Positions 13,035 through 27,774 are shown, counted from the first letter of the stretch. The stretch is 64,000 nucleotides of DNA from Eledone cirrhosa (GCA_964016885.1 OZ024757.1:22568001-22632000), one strand, 5' to 3'. Numbers and translations: made by a program. Notes: generated from the sequence alone by a model not told the origin.

Positions 13035-13172
13035 ATAGTAATAATTGTTTCTACTTTAGGCACAAGGCCAGCAATTACCCAGTGCATTACTGGTACTTTA
13101 TTTTATCGACCCCGTAAGGATGAAAGGCAAAGTCAACCTCGGCGGGATTTGAACTCAGATCGTAAAGGGACG
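13035..13172 (-). mobile_element. Meta-type SINE (5'-truncated)
   Basis: Meta-like domain and tail on the minus strand. Confidence 0.8.
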
Positions 13173-13174
13173 TA

Positions 13175-13908
13175 TAATAATAATAATAATGATTTCTTTA
13201 TTGGCCACAAGGGCTGACATCAAGAAAAACATTACAGACAGCACAGGGTGGTACAATGTGGGTTTTGTTCGTGTAAGGATTTTTATTATTTATATAAGAA
13301 AAGAAAAAGAAAAAAGACATAGAAACATATATATATATAAACAATAAAAATGAAAATTCAAACAATGAAAAATTCCCCAACAGGGGGGAAACCTCCGAGG
13401 GTTACTCGTGGCGAAAACCACACAAAAGACCACGGCCACCCTGACCACCAGGGCAAGCGCCCTCTCTCAATTTTTCCATTTCTCAAACTACAGGCGTATA
13501 TTCAGAGAATAATAATAATTATTATAACAATAATGCTTTCTTTATTAACCACAAGGGTTTACATAAAGTAGACATTAAGGACAGTACAGGACAATACAGG
13601 ATGGTACAAATGGGCATTTCTGTGTGTAAAAAAAAAAAACAGAGGATGTAACAAAAAAAGGAACAATGAAAAATTCCCCAATAGGGGGGAGACTTCCGAG
13701 GGCCATTGTGGAGAAAGCCCATTAAAAAAAGCCACAGTGACCCTGACCACCAGGGCAAGTGCCCTCTCCCAGTTTTCCACCTTCAATTTACAGGCACATA
13801 CTCAGAGTATGTCCACTCACTCGGGCCGTTCTTGCCTCTCTCACCCATCTTTCAACAAAATGCTGGGAAGAGAGCACCTCCCTCTCTACCCTGATTTTCC
13901 TTTTCAAA
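13175..13908 (-). mobile_element. Two adjacent LINE 3' ends, probably Tx1/L1-like
   Basis: Minus frame 13906->13788 reads LKRKIRVEREVLSSQHFVERWVREARTARVSGHTLSMCL*, followed by a 3' UTR shared with the copy at 13190-13505 (ACCCTGACCACCAGGGCAAG). Both have (ATT)n tails. Clade assignment is tentative. Confidence 0.55.
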
Positions 13909-13909
13909 T

Positions 13910-14630
13910 AATAATAATTATTTCTACTTTTGGCACAAGGCCAGCACTTACCCAGTGTATTACTGGTACTTTATTTTATCGACCCTGTAAGGATGAAAGG
14001 CAAAGTTAACCTCGGCGGGATTTGAAGTCAGACCATAAGGGCTGACATGTAGGGGACAATACAAAGACAGGGACAGTGGGGGTTTACAATAAGGTCGAGT
14101 GAAAGTGCTCAATGGCAAGACTAATTTACCAATATAAAATATAACAAAATAAATAAATAATAATAATAATGATTTGTACTATGAGCACAAGGCCAGCAAT
14201 TTTGGGGAAGGGAAAGTTGATTAAAGTGACCCCAGTGTATTACTGGTACTTTATTTTATTGACCACATATGTATGAAAAGCAAAGCTAACCTCGGTGGGA
14301 TTGGGACTCAAAATGTAAATGGCCTTAACTCTAAGCCACCTAGCATGCTGTCTGACGCTCTACCGATTCTGCCAATAATGATAATTATTATTATTATTAT
14401 TATTATTAGGGTGTGGATTGGCAGTATTGGTAGAGCATCAGACAATATGCTTTGTGGCACAGAGTTACAGCCCTTTACGTTCTGAGTTCAAATCCTGCCA
14501 AGGTTAGCTTTGCCTTTCATATTTACAGAGTTGACAATATATAACACCAGTAATGCACTGGGGTCGATTTAAACGACTTTCCCCTCCCTCAAAATTGTTG
14601 ATCTTGTCCCTAATTCAGAACTCATTATTA
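13910..14630. mobile_element. Cluster of Meta-type SINEs, including a head-to-head inverted pair
   Basis: Minus copies at 13915-14035 and 14165-14375; plus copy at 14415-14630. Confidence 0.75.
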
Positions 14631-15284
14631 ATTGTCTACATCACAACTACCACCACCACTACTACCACCACCTCCACTACACCACTACTACCACCACCTC
14701 CACTACCACCCTCACCACACTATATGGGGGTGGGGGTAGCAGTGGGGGTGGTGTGTAGTGTGGGGGATGGTGGTGGTGGTGGTGGTGTAGTGGGGTGGTG
14801 ATGGTGGTGGTGATGTGTAGTGGGGTGATGGTGGTGGTGATGTGTAGTGTGGTGGTGGTGATGTGTAGTGGGGTGATGGTGGTGGTGGTGGTGGTGATGT
14901 GTAGTGTGATGGTGGTGGTGGTGGTTGTGTAGTGGGGTGGTGGTTTGTGGTGGTGGTGGTGTGTAGTGTGGTGGTGGTGGTGGTGGTGTGTAGTGTGGTG
15001 GTGATGGTGGTGGAGGTGGTGGTGTGGAGGTGGTGGTGGTAGTAGTGTAGTGTAGTGGTGGTGTAGGTGGTACTAGTAGTGGTGTGTAGTGGTGGTGTGG
15101 TGATGGTGGTGTGTAGTGTGGTGCTGTATAGTATTGGTGGTGGTGGTGTTGGTGCTGTGCAGAGTGATGCTGTGTAGTCATGATAGTGGTGGTAGTGGTT
15201 TCATCAGAGAAGCTGAAACTTATGATAGTTCATATGCACATGACAAAATTCATTTTATTATAATTATTATTATCATAATCAGCA

Positions 15285-15563
15285 AATTATTATGAAAATA
15301 TAATGAAATTAATATGAAATTATTATGAAATTAATATGAAATTATTATGAAATTAATATGAAATTAATATGAAATTAATATGAAATTAATATGAAATTAT
15401 TATGAAATTAATATGAAATTAATATGAAATTATTATGAAATTATTATGAAATTAATATGAAATTATTATGAAATTATTATGAAATTAATATGAAATTAAT
15501 ATGAAATCATTATGAAATTAATATGAAATTAATATGAAATTAATATGAAATTATTATCAAATT
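15285..15563. repeat. 11-bp minisatellite (TATGAAATTAA / TATGAAATTAT)
   Basis: Seen directly, about 24 units. Confidence 0.95.
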
Positions 15564-15669
15564 ACTGTGTCTATTGTACAACACCTTTGCCCCTACAGTC
15601 GTTTTTACGTAACTTTATATGTCCAGCCCAACATATAATGTAATCTCTATGTACACAAGCCCTTGTGAC

Positions 15670-16372
15670 TAATAATAATTATTTCTACTTCTGGCACAAG
15701 GCCAGCAATTATCCCAGTGTATTACTGGTACTTTATTTCATCGACCCCGTAAGGATGACAGCAATTATCCCAGTGTATTACTGGTACTTTATTTCATTGA
15801 CCCCGTAAGGATGAAAGGCAAAGTTGACATCGGCGGGATTTGAACTCAGAATGGAAAGAGTTCAAATCCCGCCGTGACTAATGTATAATTGTTTCTACTT
15901 CTGGCACAAGGCCAGCAATTATCCCAGTGTATTACTGGTACTTTATTCCATCGACCCCCGTAAGGATGAAAGGCAAAGTTGACCTTGGCGGGATTTGAAC
16001 TCAGACCGTAAAGGGACGTAACTCTATGCTTCAAAGCATGGTGTCCGACTCTCTACCGATACTGCCTAATAATAATTGTTTCTACTTTTGACAAGGCCAG
16101 CAAAGAACCCAGTGTATTACTGGTACTTTATTTTATCGACCCCCCCCCCCCCCCCCGTAAGGATGAAAGGCAAAGTTGACCTCGGTGGGATTTGAACTCA
16201 GAATGGCAAGGGCCGTGATACTGCCTAATAATAATATTAATAATAAAGGTTTCTGATTTAGGCACAAGGCCAGCAATTTAGGGGAGGGGAAAGTCAATTA
16301 AATCAATCTCAGTGTATTACTGGTACTTTATTTTATCGACCCTGTAAGGATGAAAGGCAAAGTTAACCTTGA
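15670..16372 (-). mobile_element. Cluster of about five partial or complete Meta-type SINEs
   Basis: Repeated CCCAGTGTATTACTGGTACTTTATT...AGGATGAAAGGCAAAGTT blocks. Confidence 0.8.
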
Positions 16373-16439
16373 CAGAATTAGTATCACTACTACTATTGTT
16401 ATAATAATTATTATTGTTGTTGTTGCTGATGTTGATATA

Positions 16440-17100
<661 letters not shown>

Positions 17101-17199
17101 GTATAAATATATATATATATGTGATATGATATGTATATATATTCATATAAATATATATGTACACTGATATACATATTTATATACATCTATGTGAAGTTG

Positions 17200-19770
17200 T
17201 GTATATATATGTATATGTGGAAGTATCTGTATATGTGTATATATGTATATGTGTATATGTATATGTCTGTATGTGCACATGTGTATATATGTATATGATA
17301 TATGTATATGTCTGTATGTGTACATGTGTATATATGTATATACGTATATGTGTGTATATATATATGTCTGTATGTGTACATATGTATATATGTATATATG
17401 TATATGTGTATATGTATATGTCTGTATGTGTATATATGTATATGTGTATATGTATGTCAGTATGTGTATATATGTATATATGTATATATGTGTATATGTA
17501 TATGTCTGTATGTGCACATGTGTATATATGTATATATGTATATGATATATGTATATGTGTATATATGTATATATGTATATGTGTGTATATATATATGTCT
17601 GTATGTGTATATGTATATGTCTGTATGTGTATATATGTATATATGTATATGTGTATATGTATATGTCTGTATGTGTATATATGTATATGTGTATATGTAT
17701 GTCTGTATGTGTATATATGTATATATGTGTATGTGTATATGTATATGTCTGTATGTGTAGATATGTATATATGTATATGTGTATATGTATATGTCTGTAT
17801 GTGTACATGTGTATATATGTATATGTCTATATGTATATGTCTGTATGTGTATATATGTATATATGTACAACACTTGCTAGCAGAGAAAGCAGCCGTTCAA
17901 ATGACAATGTGTATATATGTGTAAGTATGTGTATAAGTCTGTGTAAGTATGAATATAAGTGTATATATATGTAAGTATGTATATAAGTGTATGTGTATAA
18001 GTGTATGTGTAAGTATGTATATATGTGTATGTATGTGTAAGTATGAATATAAGTGTATATATATGTAAGTATGTATATAAGTGTATGTGTATGTATATAA
18101 GTGTATGTGTAAGTATGTATATATGTGTATGTATGTGTAAGTATGTATGTAAGTGTATGTATATATAAGTATGTATATAAGTGTATGTGTAAGTCTGTAT
18201 ATAAGTGTAAGTATATATAAGTATGCATATAAATGTAAGTATATGTGTATGTATGTATATAAGTATATGTGTATGTATGTATATAAGTGTAAGTATATAT
18301 AAGTATATGTGTATGTATGTGTATGTATATAAGTGTAAGTATATATAAGTATATGTGTATGTATGTAAGTGTAAGTATATATAAGTATATGTGTATGTAT
18401 GTATGTGTATGTATATATAAGTATATGTGTATGTATGTATGTGTATGTATATAAGTGTAAGTATATATAAGTATATATGTATGTGTATGTATATAAGTGT
18501 AAGTATATATAAGTATATGTGTACATATGTATGTGTATGTATATAAGTGTAAGTATATATAAGTAATGTGTATGTATGTGTATGTATATAAGTGTAAATA
18601 TATATAAGTATATGTATATGTATGTATGTGTATGTATATAAGTGTAAGTATATATAAGTGTATGTGTATGTATGTATGTGTATGTATAAAAGTGTAAGTA
18701 TATATATGTATATGTGTATGTATGTATGTGTATGAATATAAGTGTAAGTATATATAAGTATATGTGTATGTATGTGTATGTATGTATGTGTATGTATATA
18801 AGTATATATAAGTATATATGTATGTATGTGTATGTATATAAGTGTAAGTATATATAAGTATATGTGTATGTATGTATATAAGTGTAAGTATATATAAGTA
18901 TATATAAGTGTATGTGTATGTATATAAGTGTAAGTATATATAAGTATATATGTATGTATGTGTATGTATATAAGTGTAAGTATATATAAGTATATGTGTA
19001 CATATATATGTGTATGTATATAAGTGTAAGTATATATAAGTATATGTGTATGTATGTGTATGTATGTAAGTGTAAGTATATATAAGTATATGTGTATGTA
19101 TGTATGTGTATGTATAAAAGTGTAAGTATATATAAGTGTATGTGTATGTATGTAAGTGTAAGTATATGTGTATGTATGTATGTGTATGTATATAAGTGTA
19201 AGTATATATAAGTATATATAAGTATATGTGTATGTATATGTGTAAGTATATATAAGTATATGTGTATGTATGTATGTGTATGTATATAAGTGTAAGTATA
19301 TATAAGTATATGTATGTATGTGTATGTATATAAGTGTAAGTATATATAAGTATATGTGTATGTATATATGTATGTATGTGTATGTATGTGTATGTATATA
19401 AGTGTAAGTATATATAAGTATATGTATGTATGTATGTGTATGTATATATGTGTATGTATATAAGTGTAAGTATATATAAGTATATATAAGTGTATGTGTA
19501 TGTATATGTGTAAGTATATATAAGTATATGTGTATGTATATAAGTGTAAGTATATATATGTGTATGTATGTATGTGTATGTATATAAGTGTAAGTATATA
19601 TAAGTATATGTGTATGTATGTATGTGTATGTATATAAGTGTAAGTATATATAAGTATATGTGTATGTATATAAGTGTAAGTATATATAAGTATATGTGTA
19701 TGTATGTATGTGTGTGTATGTATATAAGTGTAAGTATATATAAGTATATGTGTATGTATGTATGTGTGTG
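17200..19770. repeat. TA/TG-derived satellites (TATGTCTGTATGTG, then TATATAAGTGTAAGTATATATAAG units)
   Basis: Seen directly; source of the H/T/Y/I pseudo-ORFs. Confidence 0.95.
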
Positions 19771-19844
19771 AAGAAAGTTTCATTCCACTGAAGAGTTATG
19801 GGATAACATAACTGGTGCACATACCACACTACTTTATCTATTAT

Positions 19845-20150
19845 CTCCCTCTCTCTCTTCCTTACACCTCTCTCTCTCTCTCTTCCTTACACCCCTCTCT
19901 CTCTCTCTTCCTTACACCTCTCTCTCTTCCTTCCTTACACCTCTCTCTCTTCCTTACACCTCTCTCTCTCTTCCTTACACCTCTCTCTCTCTCTTCCTTA
20001 CACCTCTCTCTCTCTTCCTTACACCTCTCTCTCTCTCTTCCTTACACCTCTCTCTCTCTTCCTTACACCTCTCTCTCTCTTCCTTACACCTCTCTCTCTC
20101 TTCCTTACACCCCTCTCTCTCTCTTCCTTACACCTCTCTCTCTCTCTCTC
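19845..20150. repeat. CCTTACACC(TC)nT minisatellite
   Basis: Seen directly. Confidence 0.95.
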
Positions 20151-20673
20151 ACTGTCTCACACTCTTTTTCTTTACTTTCTCTCTGTCTCTCTTCACTCAT
20201 TCAATCTATAAATGAATAAATATATAAATATATATAACAATAATAATAATTATCAATACAAGAAGAAGAAGAAGAAAAAGAAAGAAGAAGAAGAAGAAAA
20301 AGAAGAAAAAAAAGAAAGGAAAAGAAGAAAAAAAAAGAAGAAGAAAGAAGGAAAAGAAGAAAAAGAAAGAAGGAAAAGAAGAAAAAGAAAGAAGAAGAAG
20401 AAGAAAAAGAAAGAAGAAAAAAAAGAAAGAAAGAAAAGAAGAAAAAAAAAGGAGAAGAAGAAAGAAGGAAAAGAAGAAAAAGAAAGAAGGAAAAGAAGAA
20501 AAAGAAAGAAGGAAAAGAAGAAAAAGAAAGAAGGAAAAGAAGAAAAAGAAAGAAGAAGAAGAAGAAAAAGAAAGAAAAAGAAGAAGAAAAAGAAGAAGAA
20601 GAAATGTGAAGGTGTGACAGTGTGACAATAATGTGTTGGTAGAAAAAAAAAGGGTCCCAAGTTCGAATCTTAC

Positions 20674-20985
20674 CTGAGCTCTATCCGGGCTGGTGGTGTC
20701 GCCGTCCGTGGTGAAGGGGTGTGTTGTATCACCCAGATCATCAGGTAAGACAATGTCCCAGTTACAACTGTTGACTCTTGCTACAGGTATTTTACTATAT
20801 ACCTGTTGTTTAGCTTCCTTTTCTGATTGTAATTGTAATTGTTGCTGTGTTTGTAATTGTTGCTGTTGCTGTGATGGTTGTTGTTGTTGTTGCTGTTGTT
20901 GTTGTTGTTGTTGTTGTTGTGGCTGCTGTTGTTGTTGTTGCTGCTGCTGCTGTTGTTGTTGCTGCTGGTGGACACTTGTGGTCAT
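20674..20985 (-). CDS. Candidate first coding exon (104 codons) of an unidentified polyQ-containing protein
   Basis: ATG at 20985 with an in-frame TGA eight codons upstream. Reads MTTSVH, a mixed CAA/CAG polyQ, then SEKEAKQQVYSKIPVARVNSCNWDIVLPDDLGDTTHPFTTDGDTTSPDRAQ, ending at a phase-0 donor CAG|GTAAGA. Unique sequence between simple repeats. Confidence 0.62.
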
Positions 20986-21131
20986 TGTTACAAGGTATTG
21001 AACTCCTCAAGTGTCACCTCGTCCGTAAGCAGCAGTTTGTGTATGTAGCTTCTATAGTAACTGCCACATTACACACGTCTCTGTTGCATACCGTTAGCTC
21101 TCTCCCATCAACTACCGGCAACGCAGATTAT

Positions 21132-21289
21132 ACCACTACTACCACCACCACCACCACCACCACCACTACTACTACTACTAATACTACTACCACTACTACT
21201 ACTAATAATAATACTACTACCACTACCACCACTACTACTACTACTAATAATAATAATAATACCACTACTGCCACCACCACTACTACTAA

Positions 21290-21327
<38 letters not shown>

Positions 21328-22565
21328 ATACTACTACTAATACTACTACTACTACTACAACTACTAATACTACTATTAATGTTGTTCTTGGTGTTGTTTT
21401 ATTATTATTATTGTTGTTGTTACTGCTGTTGTTCGTGGTAATGATTTTGTTGTTATTGTTTCATTATTGCTGTTGTTGTTGTTGTTATTGTTTCATTATT
21501 GCTGTTCTTGTTGTTGTTACTGTTTCATTATTATCATTATTGTTGTTGTTGTTACTGTTTCATTATTGTTGTTGTTACTGCTGTTATTATTGTTGTTGTT
21601 ACTGTTTCATTATTGTTGTTGTTACTGCTGTTATTATTGTTGTTACTGTTGTTGTTACTGTTTCATTATTGTTGTTGTTACTGTTGTTGTTATTGTTGTT
21701 ACTGTTGTTGTTACTGTTTCATTATTGTTGTTGTTACTGCTGTTGTTATTGTTGTTGTTACTGTTTCATTATTGTTGTTGTTACTGCTGTTACTGTTTCA
21801 TTATTGTTGTTGTTATTGCTGTTGTTACTGTTGTTGTTTTTGTTGTTGTTACTGTTGTTGTTACTATTGTTGTTATTGTTGCTGTTACTGTTTCATTATT
21901 ATTGTTGTTACTGCTGTTGTTACTGTTGTTGTTATTGTTGTTGTTACTGTTGTTGTTACTGTTTCATTATTGTTGTTACTGCTGTTGTTACTATTGTTGT
22001 TGTTGTTGTTACTGTTGTTGTTACTGTTTCATTATTGTTGTTACTGCTGTTGTTACTATTGTTGTTGTTGTTGTTACTGTTGTTGTTACTGCTGTTGTTA
22101 CTGTTGTTACTGTTGTTGTTGTTACTGTTGTTGTTGTTGTCACTGTTGTTGTCACTGTTGTTGTGGTGGGGTGGTGGGGGCAGTGTTATATATTATTATC
22201 TTATAGTTTGTTAGTGCTGCAGTTGTAGTAGTTATTGAGGTAGCAACAGTAGCAGCTGTTGTTGTAGTAGTAGTAGTTGTAGTAGTAGTAGTTGTAGTAG
22301 CAACAGTAGTAGCAGCAGCAGCAGTAGTAGTAGTTGTTGTAGTAGCAACAGTAGTAGTAGTAGTAGTAATAATTGTAGTAGCAACAGTAGTTGTAGTAGT
22401 AGTTGTTGTTGTAGTAGTAGTTGTTGTAGTAGTAGCAGTAGCAGTAGTTGTTGTTGTAGTAGTAGTAGTTGTTGTAGTAGTAGCAGTAGCAGTAGTTGTT
22501 GTTGTAGTAGTAGTAGTAGTTGTTGTAGTAGTAGCAGTAGTTGTTGTTGTACTTGTTGCTGTTGT
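21132..22565. repeat. Trinucleotide microsatellite mosaic (ACT/ACC, GTT, GTA)
   Basis: Seen directly. Confidence 0.95.
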
Positions 22566-22631
22566 TTAAGGGTTGCACATAACTTTGTCCGACATCGAGA
22601 GGTAAAATCCACGTGTAGGTGTGTATGTGTG

Positions 22632-22673
<42 letters not shown>

Positions 22674-23414
22674 TAGGTGTGTGTGTATGTGTGTAGGTGT
22701 GTGTATGTGTGTAGGTGTGTGTGTGTATATGTGTCTAGGTGTGTATGTATGTGTGTAGGTGTGTGTGTGTGTGTATGTGTGTAGGTGTGTGTAGGTGTGT
22801 GTGTATGTGTGTGTATGTGTGTAGGTGTGTGTAGGTGTGTGTAGGTGTGTGTGTATGTGTGTAGGTGTGTAGGTGTATAGATGTGTGTGTGTATCAGTGT
22901 GACGGAGAAACAAAGTGAGATTGAGAGAGAGGGAGAGAGAGAAAAAAACAGGGAGAGAGAGTGAAAGAGAGAGAGAGAGAGTGAGGAAGTGAGAGACTGA
23001 GAGAGTGAAAAAAGAAAAAGAAGTTGATGATGGCAATGGTGATGATGATTATGTTGATGATTATGTTGATGATAATGTTGATGATGATGTTGATGATGAT
23101 TATGTTGACTACGATGATGTTGATGATGATGATGGTGGTGATTGTGTTGATGATGATGATAGAAAGAAGACAGAGAAGGAGCGGAGAAGCAGAGAGTCTG
23201 AATGGATACAGGGGGGGGGGAGCAATGTGTGGGAAGAGAGAGAGAGAGAGAGAGAGAGGGGGGGAGCGAGAGAGAGAGAGATGGTTGGATCACATGTGGG
23301 AAAGTGCAAAGGAAAGAAAGAGAGGAAAGAAAAGAGAGAAAAGATAGTGTGGACAGTGGGGGGTGGGGGAGGTTACATGGCTAGATTGTTCAATAGTCAG
23401 CTGAAAAAGTGTAA

Positions 23415-23445
<31 letters not shown>

Positions 23446-23493
23446 TATATGTGTATATATATATATATGTGTATATATATATATATATGTGTG

Positions 23494-23575
<82 letters not shown>

Positions 23576-23645
23576 AATAAGCAGATAGATAAATAGATAG
23601 ACAGATGGATAGTTATATATATATGTGTATATATATATATGTGTG

Positions 23646-23715
<70 letters not shown>

Positions 23716-23769
23716 TAGATATATAGATAGATAGATAGATAGATAGATAGAGAGATGGTGAGGTATATA

Positions 23770-23923
<154 letters not shown>

Positions 23924-23992
23924 TGTTTCTTAGATAGATAGATAGATAGATATATAGGTAGATATATAGATAGACAGATGGAGAGGTATATA

Positions 23993-24066
<74 letters not shown>

Positions 24067-24138
24067 GATAGATAGATAGATAGATAGATATATAGGTAGA
24101 TATATAGATAGACAGATGGAGAGGTATATATATATGTG

Positions 24139-24179
<41 letters not shown>

Positions 24180-24392
24180 AGATAGATAGGTAGATAGATA
24201 GATAGAACAGAGACAGTAATAAACAGCTGGAAGTCTATAAGAAGGCTTTTGAGTAAATTGTATTGATAAAGTAAGTTAGTTGGATTGACTGAGGAGGAAA
24301 AAGATTCAAGGGGAAAAACTATTATATATATATATAGCGGTGCCCCAGCATGGACTCAGCTGGAACAGGTAACTCCAAGTTACACTCACTGG

Positions 24393-24423
<31 letters not shown>

Positions 24424-24460
24424 GGGTGAACCTACAGCAATTCCAAGTTACACTGCCTGG

Positions 24461-24554
<94 letters not shown>

Positions 24555-24586
24555 AACCTATAGCAACTCCAAGTTACACACCCTGG

Positions 24587-24619
<33 letters not shown>

Positions 24620-24661
24620 AAATAGATGGATAGATAGATATATAGTTAGATAGGTGGGTAG

Positions 24662-24705
<44 letters not shown>

Positions 24706-24902
24706 CAACGAGATAAATGTGTAGATAGAACACTATTGTGATATGTAGTTAGATAAATAGGTACAAAGTGATCAAACTGAAACTTCGAAGTCACTAACAC
24801 TTTTCTATTTAGAAAATATATTTTTACATTCTACCCAGTAGTATTCACTCAGTTGGAATGTTTTAAATGCTAGTCTATTTTATACATACATACATACATA
24901 TA

Positions 24903-24959
<57 letters not shown>

Positions 24960-24961
<2 letters not shown>

Positions 24962-25032
24962 TTATTATATATAGAGAAATTACTTCTACAGGACTAGAAC
25001 TGTTTCATTCATATGAAATCATCAGCAATGTC

Positions 25033-25079
<47 letters not shown>

Positions 25080-25146
25080 TATATATAGAGAAATTACTTC
25101 TACAGGACTAGAACTGTTTCATTCATATGAAATCATCAGCAATGTC

Positions 25147-25195
<49 letters not shown>

Positions 25196-25264
25196 TTATT
25201 ATATAGAGAAATTACTTCTACAGGACTAGAACTGTTTCATTCATATGAAATCATCAGCAATGTC

Positions 25265-25303
<39 letters not shown>

Positions 25304-25478
25304 TTATTATATAGAGAAATTACTTCTACAGGACTAGAACTGTTTCATTCATATGAAATCATCAGCAATGTCCTGATATATATATATATATATATATATA
25401 TCTTTATTATATAGAGAAATTACTTCTACAGGACTAGAACTGTTTCATTCATATGAAATCATCAGCAATGTCCTGATA

Positions 25479-25535
<57 letters not shown>

Positions 25536-25612
25536 CTTTATTATATAGAGAAATTACTTCTACAGGACTAGAACTGTTTCATTCATATGAAATCATTAGG
25601 AATGTCCTGATA
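24960..25612 (-). repeat. Six tandem copies of a ~75-bp hammerhead-like unit separated by variable (TA)n
   Basis: Minus unit CAGGACATTG-CTGATGA-TTTCATATGAAT-GAAA-CAGT-TC-TAGTCCTG. Five copies are identical; the sixth has a mutated core. Confidence 0.8.
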
Positions 25613-25661
25613 TATATATATATAAGGAGAGAGAGAGAGTGGGTAGGTAGTTATATATATA

Positions 25662-25750
<89 letters not shown>

Positions 25751-25773
25751 AGAGAGAGAGAGTGGGTAGGTAG

Positions 25774-25834
<61 letters not shown>

Positions 25835-26003
25835 AGAAGATAAAAAACAAGCAACTGATTGTTAATGTGAGTCTAAGAGATTATCGACAAAAGATAGATG
25901 GAAGAATAAAGAGAATGGATGAAAAATTCTTCAAACATTAAAGTTAGAAAGCTTATTTATCTACCAGTCTGTCTGTATATCTATCTATCTATCTATCTAT
26001 CTG

Positions 26004-26042
<39 letters not shown>

Positions 26043-26168
26043 GATGGTTAGATAGATAGATAGATAGACAGATAGATAAGTTTCTATTTATTTGCCACAG
26101 GGGCACAAAAGAAGGGGACAAATACAAAGGGGGAAGTTTACATACAATAAAAACGTGTAGATAAATAG

Positions 26169-26199
<31 letters not shown>

Positions 26200-26655
26200 G
26201 ATAGATAGATAGATTTCTTTATTAAATAGATATATTAGATAGATAGATGGATGGATGGATGGATAGATAGATAGATAGATAGATGCTAGGGAGACAGAGA
26301 GAGAGAGAGAGGGAGAGAGAGGTGTGTACGTTAAAAAATGTGTGTATGTGTGTGTGAGATAGAGATGATAAGAAGGTGTATATAGGGAGAAAAAGAGTGA
26401 AGGGACAGGGAGAGAAGGGAGAGAGAGAGAGAGAGAGAGACCAAGAATTATATATATATATATTGAGAGAGACCAAGAATTATATATATTGAGAGAGAGA
26501 GAGAGAGACCAACAATTATATATGTATATATATAGAGAGAGAGAGAGACCAAAAATTATATATATTGAGAGAGAGAGAGATAGAGACCAAGAATTATATA
26601 TATATATTGAGAGAGAGAGAGAGAGAGAGAGAGACCAAGAATTATATATATATAT

Positions 26656-26692
<37 letters not shown>

Positions 26693-26794
26693 GAGTGAGA
26701 GAAAGAGGTGGGATTAGTTGACAACGCCACAGGTGGAAGTTAGAAGACGGAACTGTTTAGAAATATGCAAGCATGGAAAATAGATGTTAAATGG

Positions 26795-26849
<55 letters not shown>

Positions 26850-26877
26850 GATGGTGATGATGATGGTGATGATGATG

Positions 26878-26930
<53 letters not shown>

Positions 26931-27756
26931 GATGATGATGATGATGGTAATGATGATGATGATATTGGTGATGATGATAATGATGATGGTAATGATGATG
27001 GTAATGATGATGATGATATTGGTGATGATGTTGACGATGATGATGATGGTGATGATGATGAAAAAAAAAGGAACAAAATCAAAGACTTAAAATTAAGCAG
27101 GTAAAGAAAAGGGTCGGTTATCTACTACAGAAGTTACGGGGGCAGGTGTCCTTTATAGAAGTGGTGGCCAGATTAGTTTCCTACTGTAGAAGAAGGGACA
27201 TCAGTTCTCTATGGCAGACGTGGAGAGCTCAGTTTTACTTTATAGAAGTAGGGCTCAGTTTTCTGTTGAAGAAATAGGGGTCAATTTTCTATTAAAGAAG
27301 TTTGGGAGTTAAGGGTAGATTAATTTGCTATTGCAAAAATTATGGGTTATGTTTCTATTTTAAAAAAATAGGGGTTACTCTTTTCTATTTCAGATCAAAG
27401 ATTAGGGCTTATCTTTTCTATTACAGAAATTATAGGTTATTTTTTTCTATTTCAGAAGCAGGGGTCAGGAATAGAAGTCATCAGATGAAATAGACAAAAA
27501 CAACAGTAAAAATAAGGGAGACTTTGGAAGGGAAAAAGGTCTGAGGAAGAAGAGAGAGGGAAAATATGTAGGGAAGAGGATCTGTGAGAGATGTTGAAGG
27601 TGCTGGAGATGGCGGTGAAGTATGGAGATCAAGTGGAAGGTAAAGGTAAGGAGAAATATGAAGATGTAGTAAGGTAGAAGCGTAGTGATGAAAACAGCTG
27701 GTAGAAAGAGTTCCGATGAAGAGTGAAGATAATAACCGATTCCAGGGCCGTGAAAT

Positions 27757-27774
27757 GTTGCAGGGGTATGCTGG

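Noticed and set aside
20212-20625. Lys/Glu/Arg-rich ORF, and the Phe-rich extension of the polyQ ORF
   Set aside because: GAA-rich purine microsatellite lying beyond the predicted splice donor.
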